Shown piece by piece: positions 57,124 through 64,000 of a DNA stretch of 64,000 nt (its first letter is position 1; every line of letters starts with the position of its first letter). Under the pieces are notes generated by a model. The model was not told the origin of the DNA, did no database searches, and saw only the letters and a list, made by a program, of their open reading frames with translations. Made by a program: the position numbers and the translations under genes. Source of the stretch: Bacteroidales bacterium UBA6248 (GTDB lineage Bacteria > Bacteroidota > Bacteroidia > Bacteroidales > Lentimicrobiaceae); assembly GCA_002441345.1 (NCBI GenBank), contig DJVU01000081.1:11886-75885 (forward strand), given 5' to 3'.

Positions 57124-58287
57124 ATGGATACAAAAATAACCATACCGAAAGGACTTACTTATGCAGCACTGGCTATGATTGTTGCGGGAGCTGGTGTAAT
57201 GGCCTACAGCTTCGCCACCGATGCGTCGCGAGCCTGGGCAAACCTGCTGCTCAACAACTACATGTTTCTGTCGATGGCCATAGGTGCAAGCTTCTTCATC
57301 GCTATCCAGCACATCTCACAATCGGGCTGGTCGGCCATGTTTAAGAGGGTTCCGGAAGCATTTATGGCATACATACCATACGCCGGAGTAATTATGCTCC
57401 TGATCTACTTCGGGATGCACAATCTCTACCACTGGACGCATGAGGAAGCCCTGGCAAGCGATGCGCTGATTCAGCACAAATCCCCCTATCTTAACGTGCC
57501 GTTCTTTTTCATCCGGATGGTGATCTTCTTTATTATCTGGACGGTAATGACCCAAATGATCCGCCGGGCTTCGCTGGCTGAAGACAGTCACGGGGGTATG
57601 CTCTATTTCGAAAAAAGCGAACTCTACTCCAAAATCCACATTTTCCTGCTGGCATTGACCTTCACCATGGCATCCTTCGACTGGATCATGTCGCTCGACG
57701 TACACTGGTTCAGCACCATCTTCTCACTGAAAAACTTTGTTGCCGCCTTTTTGCACGGATCGGCCACCATAGTGCTGGTTATACTCCTGTTGAATAAGAG
57801 AGGATACTTCGGTGAAATGAATAAAAGCCATCTGCTCGATTTCTCAAGGTATATTTTTATGCTCTGCATCGTCTGGGGATATTTCGCCTTCTCACAGTTC
57901 ATGCTGATATGGTACGGAAACATACCGGAAGAAACCGAATATTTTGCCCATCGGTGGGATGGCGGTTTTAAAGTTATCTTTTACGTTAACTTCGTTATAA
58001 ACTGGTTCCTGCCTTTTGTTTTCCTGCTTCCGCAGGTACTCAACAAAAACAAAAATGTGGTAATGACCATTGCCGTATTGCTGATTGCCGGTCAGTGGCT
58101 CGATCTTTACGAGCAGATCTTCCCGGTGGTTGTACATCATCCCGTATTTGGAATCCAGGAAATCGGATTTTTCATTGCCTTTGCGGGATTGTTTATTTTT
58201 ATCACAGCAAAGGCACTGGCAGCCGCACCTCTGATTCCGTATAAACATCCATACCTGGAAGAAAGCCTGCATCATCACATACATTAG
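57124..58287 (+). CDS. actF: ACIII membrane subunit ActF
   Basis: LYHW; K.PYLN..FF; DWIMSLDVHWFST; FSQFMLIWYGNIPEE. Confidence 0.93.
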   Translation: MDTKITIPKGLTYAALAMIVAGAGVMAYSFATDASRAWANLLLNNYMFLSMAIGASFFIAIQHISQSGWSAMFKRVPEAFMAYIPYAGVIMLLIYFGMHNLYHWTHEEALASDALIQHKSPYLNVPFFFIRMVIFFIIWTVMTQMIRRASLAEDSHGGMLYFEKSELYSKIHIFLLALTFTMASFDWIMSLDVHWFSTIFSLKNFVAAFLHGSATIVLVILLLNKRGYFGEMNKSHLLDFSRYIFMLCIVWGYFAFSQFMLIWYGNIPEETEYFAHRWDGGFKVIFYVNFVINWFLPFVFLLPQVLNKNKNVVMTIAVLLIAGQWLDLYEQIFPVVVHHPVFGIQEIGFFIAFAGLFIFITAKALAAAPLIPYKHPYLEESLHHHIH

Positions 58288-58367
58288 GCTATGCCGGAAA
58301 GTCGCATCCGGAATTCCACACAAGTGCTAAAAAAATTTGAATACCGATAACCAAATACATCCGAATC

Positions 58368-59165
58368 ATGAAAAAAAGAATATTTCTGTCGTTGCTCCTG
58401 CTGGTAATTATGCTGTCCGGTGTGGCTCAGACAATCAAAGCCACACAGGAAATCAAATCGCCCGAGCTGGAGATCGGGATTGTAGAGCATCTGGATGAAT
58501 ACATACCTGAAGACATCATGATACTCGACACCCTGGGTCAGGAGGTAAGTTTGAGGCAGCTGATTGACAAGCCCACTGTTCTGATGTGGGTTTACTACCG
58601 GTGTCCGGGTATATGCAGTCCGCTGATGACAAGTGTGGCTGAGGTAATCGACAAAACCGACCTGGTTCTCGGCAAGGATTTTCAGGTATTAACGGTGAGT
58701 TTTGATGCCACCGAAGGCAGTGATCTGGCCATTCGCAAACGCAACAACTATCTGAATCTTATCAAAAAACCGGTAGATGCCTCGGGATGGCTGTTCTTTA
58801 CTGCCGACAGCGCCAATATTGCCAGGGGAACGGAAGCTACGGGATTCCGGTTCAAAAAAGCAGGCAATGATTTCATGCACGGAGCTACGCTGATAATGGT
58901 CAGTCCCGACGGAAAAATAACCCGTTATCTGCAGGGTACGTATTTTCTGCCGTTTGAATTTAAGATGGCCATCGTTGAAACAGCACAGGGAAAGAGCGGC
59001 CCCACGATATATAAGGTACTGCAGTTCTGCTACACCTATGACCCTGCCGGACAGCAGTATGTACTCAACATCACGAAAGTCGCCGGAACCATTATCCTGA
59101 TACTGGCTTTCATTGCATTCCTTGTTCTGATACTTAAGCCAAGAAAAAAAATCAAAACCAATTAA
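58368..59165 (+). CDS. SCO-family copper chaperone
   Basis: YYRCPGIC (CxxxC), DFMH, RYL.G; C-terminal TM helix. Confidence 0.9.
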   Translation: MKKRIFLSLLLLVIMLSGVAQTIKATQEIKSPELEIGIVEHLDEYIPEDIMILDTLGQEVSLRQLIDKPTVLMWVYYRCPGICSPLMTSVAEVIDKTDLVLGKDFQVLTVSFDATEGSDLAIRKRNNYLNLIKKPVDASGWLFFTADSANIARGTEATGFRFKKAGNDFMHGATLIMVSPDGKITRYLQGTYFLPFEFKMAIVETAQGKSGPTIYKVLQFCYTYDPAGQQYVLNITKVAGTIILILAFIAFLVLILKPRKKIKTN

Positions 59166-59178
59166 GCCGGAAAGATCC

Positions 59179-60786
59179 ATGACAGACAACATTGAAACCA
59201 GGCACGAGCCCAATTACCTGGAATATCGCGGCAAGCACGGGGGTATTCTGGGATGGCTGACCACTACCGACCACAAGCGAATAGGATTGCTGTACTTCTA
59301 TTCGATGATGACCTTTTTCCTGGCTGGAGTGGTCATGGGATTACTGATGAAGTATGAGCTTATTTCTCCCGGCGAGCAGATCATGGGGCCACAGACCTAC
59401 AACGGGCTGTTTACGCTTCATGGTCTGACGATGATTTTCCTGTTTGTTATCCCGGGAGTGGCGGCAGTATTCGGCAACTTTTTCCTGCCCATACTCATCG
59501 GAGCGAAGGATGTATCGTTTCCCCGTCTGAACCTGATGAGCTGGTATTTATACATCATCGGAGCCATTGTGGTACTGATCTCCCAGTTTATGGGCGACGG
59601 CCCTCCCGACACGGGCTGGACTTTTTATGCACCCTACAGTCTCAAAACAAACACCAATGTGGTAGCTGCAGTAACCGGAGCGTTTATTCTGGGGTTCTCG
59701 TCCATACTTACGGGTTTGAACTTTATTGTTACCATGCACCGTTTGAGGGCTCCCGGAATGGGCTGGCTGCGAATGCCCCTTTTCGGATGGGCACTGTACG
59801 GAACCGGCTGGATACAGCTTCTGGCTACTCCGGTAGTAGGAATCACCTTTTTAATGGTTATTGCCGAGCGCGTTCTGGGAATCGGTTTTTTTGATCCCGC
59901 CATCGGCGGCGACCCCATTCTGTATCAGCACCTGTTCTGGATTTACTCGCATCCGGCAGTGTATATTATGATCCTTCCGGCCATGGGAGCCATTACGGAA
60001 ATTATTCCAACCTTTGCCAGGAAAACCATTTTCGGATACACCGCCATTGTTATCTCCAGCATGGCAATTGCCTTTGTGGGATACTTTGTTTGGGGACACC
60101 ATATGTTTACCTCAGGAATGAGTTCCACCTCCCGCTGGGTGTTCTCGCTCCTCACCTTCCTGGTTGCAATTCCTTCCGCAATTAAAGTATTTAACTGGAC
60201 TGCCACCCTTTACAAAGGTTCCATCAACATTCAGACACCCTTTTTGTGGTCGATAGCTTTCATCTTCGTATTTATGATAGGGGGATTCTCAGGTCTTGTT
60301 GTCGGATCCCTGGCTACCGACATTCACGTACACGATACGGCCTTTGTGGTTGCCCATTTTCATTACATCGTATTCGGAGGTACGGGATTCGCCTTCTTCG
60401 GAGCGCTGCATTACTGGTATCCGAAAATGTTCGCCCGTGTCTACAACTTCAAAATTGCAAACATAGGGTTGCTGATATTTTTCATCGGATTCAATCTGCT
60501 GTACTTCCCGATGTTTTATCTGGGAATGCTTGGGATGCCCCGCCGCTATTACGATTATCTGCCGATGTTCCATTCGGCCAATACCCTGTCGACCATAGGA
60601 TCGTGGATAATGGCTGCCGGACTTCTGGTAATCATCATCAACCTGGCACGTGCACGCAGGGGTAAAGGCAAAGAAGTGGATGACCCGTGGGATGGCAAGA
60701 CCCTTGAGTGGCAGATTGCCTCTCCCCCGCCTGTTGAGAATTTTGAACAAATTCCCGTAGTTGAACACGGGCCCTATGAATACTAA
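59179..60786 (+). CDS. coxA: Heme-copper oxidase subunit I, type A2
   Basis: TTDHKRIG; TLHG; GWTFYAP; FWIYSHPAVY (YS motif); WGHHM; HDT.FVVAHFH; GMPRRY. Confidence 0.97.
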   Translation: MTDNIETRHEPNYLEYRGKHGGILGWLTTTDHKRIGLLYFYSMMTFFLAGVVMGLLMKYELISPGEQIMGPQTYNGLFTLHGLTMIFLFVIPGVAAVFGNFFLPILIGAKDVSFPRLNLMSWYLYIIGAIVVLISQFMGDGPPDTGWTFYAPYSLKTNTNVVAAVTGAFILGFSSILTGLNFIVTMHRLRAPGMGWLRMPLFGWALYGTGWIQLLATPVVGITFLMVIAERVLGIGFFDPAIGGDPILYQHLFWIYSHPAVYIMILPAMGAITEIIPTFARKTIFGYTAIVISSMAIAFVGYFVWGHHMFTSGMSSTSRWVFSLLTFLVAIPSAIKVFNWTATLYKGSINIQTPFLWSIAFIFVFMIGGFSGLVVGSLATDIHVHDTAFVVAHFHYIVFGGTGFAFFGALHYWYPKMFARVYNFKIANIGLLIFFIGFNLLYFPMFYLGMLGMPRRYYDYLPMFHSANTLSTIGSWIMAAGLLVIIINLARARRGKGKEVDDPWDGKTLEWQIASPPPVENFEQIPVVEHGPYEY

Positions 60787-60798
60787 ACAGAGGAAGGT

Positions 60799-61422
60799 AT
60801 GGAAACCGTAACCCACACACATACGGCTGACGCGCACCGCGACGATACCGCATCAAAGATCGGTATGTGGCTGTTTATCTTTACCGAAATCCTGCTTTTT
60901 GGCGGACTCTTCATCGTGTATTCGGTTTACCGGTACATGAATCCGGTAGCGTTTCACCTTGCACACGAAGAGCTTAGCATCACCATGGGATTTATCAATA
61001 CGATCATCCTTCTGGTGAGCAGCGCTACGGTGGCAATCTCCATCTCGGCCATGCAGAAAAACGATCGTAAAATGACCATGCTGATGCTGGCAGCAACGCT
61101 TATACTGGCAGCCGTATTCCTTGTCAACAAATATTTTGAATGGGGAGGCAAGTTTGAGCATGGTCTGTATCCCGGATCAGATCTGATGAAAAGCCTCAGC
61201 AACGGCGATATGCTCTTTTTCAGCCTGTATTTCTTTATGACGGGTTTGCACGGGGTGCATATCATCATAGGAATGGTGCTGCTGGCGATTACACTGGCAA
61301 AAGTAAGGTCGGGAAGGGTAAACGGAGGCAGCTATGCCCTGCTCGAGAACAGCGGGCTGTACTGGCATCTGGTCGACCTTATCTGGATTTTTCTGTTTCC
61401 CTTGTTTTACCTTATCCATTAA
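60799..61422 (+). CDS. coxC: Cytochrome c oxidase subunit III
   Basis: GMWLFIFTE; NTIILLVSS; TGLHGVH; GLYWHLVDLIW. Confidence 0.95.
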   Translation: METVTHTHTADAHRDDTASKIGMWLFIFTEILLFGGLFIVYSVYRYMNPVAFHLAHEELSITMGFINTIILLVSSATVAISISAMQKNDRKMTMLMLAATLILAAVFLVNKYFEWGGKFEHGLYPGSDLMKSLSNGDMLFFSLYFFMTGLHGVHIIIGMVLLAITLAKVRSGRVNGGSYALLENSGLYWHLVDLIWIFLFPLFYLIH

Positions 61423-61434
61423 AAGCATACTGGC

Positions 61435-61719
61435 ATGGAAAACGAAAAACATCACATAGTACCATATATGACACACATAATGGTGCTGCTCGGTTTGATA
61501 TTACTTACCGTTATCACGGTGCTGATCACCAGTGTTGAACTGGGCGCATACAATACGGCTGCGGCAATGCTGATAGCCTCCCTGAAAGGCGCGGTTGTGC
61601 TGCTTTACTTTATGCACCTTAAATTTGACCATAAGATTTACTGGGTAATGGTAAGTCTGGTGATAGCCATTTTTGCTGCAGTTATTGTAGTAACCTTTTT
61701 CGATTACCTTTACAGATAG
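61435..61719 (+). CDS. coxD: Cytochrome c oxidase subunit IV
   Basis: LLT..TV; IA.LK...V...FMHLKFD; three TM helices. Confidence 0.92.
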   Translation: MENEKHHIVPYMTHIMVLLGLILLTVITVLITSVELGAYNTAAAMLIASLKGAVVLLYFMHLKFDHKIYWVMVSLVIAIFAAVIVVTFFDYLYR

Positions 61720-61727
61720 GAGAAGAT

Positions 61728-62663
61728 ATGTACTCAGGAGCATCAAACTTTGTTACGACCACCGATACAGCGTTTGCTGTAATCATAGGCATATCGATGG
61801 TATTTCTGATCGGCATTACGGCAACCATGCTGTGGTTCGTATACCGGTATAACCGGAAACGCAATCCGGTTGCCACACAGATCCATGGGAGCAACACACT
61901 GGAAGTGATATGGACGGTAATCCCCACCATCCTGGTATTGGTAATGTTTTTTTACGGATGGAAGGGCTATGCACCCATGCGAAATGCCCCCGATGACGCC
62001 ATGAAAATTAGGGCCACCGCACGCATGTGGTCCTGGCTTTTTGAATATGAAAACGGCATCAAAACCGATACCCTTTACGTTCCGGTGAATAAGGCGGTGT
62101 CACTCGACCTGATTTCGGTTGACGTTATTCACAGTCTGTATATTCCGGCATTCAGGGTAAAAGAGGATATGGTACCCGGAAAGACCAATAAGATGTGGTT
62201 TGTGGGACAGAAAGAAGGCGCCTACGAGCTTTTCTGTACCGAATACTGTGGATTATCGCACTCTTATATGTTTACCGAAGTGGTGGTAATGTCAGAAGAT
62301 GAATTTGCCGCCTGGTATGCAGAAAAATCAGACACTACAGGACGTGCGGCGGCGGCAGCAGTTCCCGGAACCCTCGGGAAAGAGCTTGTACGGCAAAACG
62401 GCTGTGTTGCATGCCATTCCCTCGACGGATCCAAACTGATAGGTCCTACGTTTAAAGGCCTTTACGGAAGTCAGCACAAGGTGATGACCGGCAATCAGGA
62501 GCGGGAAATCACCGTTGACGATGAATACATCGTCCGTGCGATTTACGAGCCGGATGCCGATGTAGCTGCCGGATACATCAAAGGACAGATGATTTCGTAC
62601 CGAAAGGAATTGACGGAACAGGATGTAAACGAAATCATTGAATTCCTTAAAACCCTGAAATGA
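61728..62663 (+). CDS. coxB: Cytochrome c oxidase subunit II with fused cytochrome c domain
   Basis: LEVIWTVIP; DVIHS; CuA motif CTEYCGLSHSYM; heme c motif CVACH. Confidence 0.96.
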   Translation: MYSGASNFVTTTDTAFAVIIGISMVFLIGITATMLWFVYRYNRKRNPVATQIHGSNTLEVIWTVIPTILVLVMFFYGWKGYAPMRNAPDDAMKIRATARMWSWLFEYENGIKTDTLYVPVNKAVSLDLISVDVIHSLYIPAFRVKEDMVPGKTNKMWFVGQKEGAYELFCTEYCGLSHSYMFTEVVVMSEDEFAAWYAEKSDTTGRAAAAAVPGTLGKELVRQNGCVACHSLDGSKLIGPTFKGLYGSQHKVMTGNQEREITVDDEYIVRAIYEPDADVAAGYIKGQMISYRKELTEQDVNEIIEFLKTLK

Positions 62664-63532
62664 GACTAAGCCTGCCTGCTTATGTTTCCCTTATAGCCAG
62701 GCTTTGCAAGTTCAGGATCTCGCTGCCGGTTGCGCTCACTGCCTTTACGGGATATCTGGCTCATAACGGGCGATGGTCTTACGATGCCATTGCTCCCGTA
62801 GCTGGAGTATTTCTGCTTGCTTCGGCTGCTTCGGCACTTAACCAGGTGCAGGAAAGAAACACCGACCGCCGGATGGCACGTACGGCGGGAAGACCTCTTC
62901 CCTCCGGGAAACTAAGCCTGAAAAGTGCCGTAATGTGGATAGTTCTGCTCAGCATTTCCGGATCGCTGCTGCTTGCATTCAAAGCCGGGCTGATGGCCAC
63001 TGTTCTCGGTTGGCTTACCTACGTGTGGTACAATGGAATATATACGCCTCTGAAAAAGAAAACGGCATTTGCAGCCGTTCCGGGAGGAGTGGTTGGAGCA
63101 CTTCCGCCAATGATCGGCTGGGTAGCATCCGGTGGATCGCCCGTAAGCCCGGCAGCCCTGTCGCTGGCTTTATTTATGTTTCTTGTTCAGGTTCCACATT
63201 TCTGGCTGCTGCTGCTCAGGTTTGGCGATGAATACCGGGAGGCGGGACTTAAATCGCTCACCGAGCGTCTCGACACCATAAGCATTCACAGGCTAACGAT
63301 TGCCTGGATAACGGCAACAGCTGCCTCAGCCATTATAATGCCCGTGTTTTTCATTTTCCGTTTCCCTTTATCCGTGTGGATTTTATGGCTCAGTTCAGCA
63401 ATTATGGCAGGTGCATTTCTAATACTCCTGCCGGGAAGTGCAAGAGAGGGAGATTACCGCAAGCCATTCATAACCATTAATATTTACGTATTTGTGGTAA
63501 TGATGACAATCTGCCTGGATGTTCTTCTCTGA
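62660..63532 (+). CDS. cyoE: Protoheme IX farnesyltransferase (heme O synthase)
   Basis: LNQVQERNTDRRMARTAGRPLPSG; YTPLK; GALPP.IGW; QVPHF. Confidence 0.93.
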   Translation: MRLSLPAYVSLIARLCKFRISLPVALTAFTGYLAHNGRWSYDAIAPVAGVFLLASAASALNQVQERNTDRRMARTAGRPLPSGKLSLKSAVMWIVLLSISGSLLLAFKAGLMATVLGWLTYVWYNGIYTPLKKKTAFAAVPGGVVGALPPMIGWVASGGSPVSPAALSLALFMFLVQVPHFWLLLLRFGDEYREAGLKSLTERLDTISIHRLTIAWITATAASAIIMPVFFIFRFPLSVWILWLSSAIMAGAFLILLPGSAREGDYRKPFITINIYVFVVMMTICLDVLL

Positions 63533-63538
63533 AACTGC

Positions 63539-63712
63539 TCAGTCCTTTTTAAATAAACAATACCCCAGATAAAGGAAGCTGCACGCAAGAAATACAATGT
63601 TAACTGTGCGCGCAAAGGGCGGTGCACCTGCAGGCCATATCTGGCCAAGCAATACCATGGCATTCAGAATCAGAAGCAAAGCAGTAATGATACGAAAAAT
63701 AGAGCTTTTCAT
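63539..63712 (-). CDS. Small 57-aa two-TM membrane protein (not in the ORF track)
   Basis: MKSSIFRIITALLLILNAMVLLGQIWPAGAPPFARTVNIVFLACSFLYLGYCLFKKD*. Confidence 0.7.
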   Translation of the reverse strand: MKSSIFRIITALLLILNAMVLLGQIWPAGAPPFARTVNIVFLACSFLYLGYCLFKKD

Positions 63713-63779
63713 ATGCGATGCATTTTAAAGAAAGACTTTACGGAAAGGCCTCCGTAAAGGTAAAAGCAAGGAATTACCG

Positions 63780-63965
63780 CTAAGCAGCGAGGTATTTTAG
63801 CAGTTCATACACCAAAAAAGCCGGCCACACCAGCGCTTTCAGGAAACCGAGTACACCCGCCCAGAATCCGGCAGCCACAGAAATGTAATAAATTGCCGCA
63901 CCAATCAGTCCAAGTCCGTAAATAGCGCCTGCAGGACCGTTGTTTTGAACGTGTTCTTTTGTCAT
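63780..63965 (-). CDS. Small 61-aa membrane protein
   Basis: GAIYGLGLIGAAIYYI...FWAGVLGFLKALVWPAFLVY; A-rich start context. Confidence 0.75.
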   Translation of the reverse strand: MTKEHVQNNGPAGAIYGLGLIGAAIYYISVAAGFWAGVLGFLKALVWPAFLVYELLKYLAA

Positions 63966-64000
63966 GTTGTGATCAATTTGGTTAATTTCCGATACGATAA

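Noticed and set aside
1-64000. CRISPR array or cas operon suggested by the Cas4-like protein
   Set aside because: No regularly spaced 25-45 nt repeats and no cas1/cas2 seen

Overview
Chromosomal core region of a Bacteroidota bacterium, most likely an anaerobic or aerotolerant Bacteroidales member. Evidence for the phylum: TAnnTTTG -7 promoters, T9SS C-terminal domains, the bat operon and A-rich start contexts without Shine-Dalgarno sites. The window holds housekeeping genes (ftsK end, lolA, dnaB, folA, thyA, ung, mscL), hydE, two T9SS cargo proteins, a frameshifted FadL-like porin, the moxR-DUF58-batABCDE operon, yaaA, and a small AraC/diheme cytochrome c/lipoprotein islet next to tRNA-Ser(CGA). 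It ends with a 13.4 kb respiratory operon: alternative complex III (actA-F), SCO, an A2-type heme-copper oxidase and heme O synthase. No CRISPR array, integrase or transposase was seen. The main leads are (1) an unannotated 51-aa leader ORF that runs through an intrinsic terminator just before actA, a candidate attenuator, (2) a seven-heme ActA, (3) the tRNA-adjacent redox islet, (4) a Cas4-like/DUF2779 nuclease whose exonuclease domain looks inactive, and (5) two small ORFs missing from the ORF track. All product calls come from motif recognition by eye; no database searches were run.
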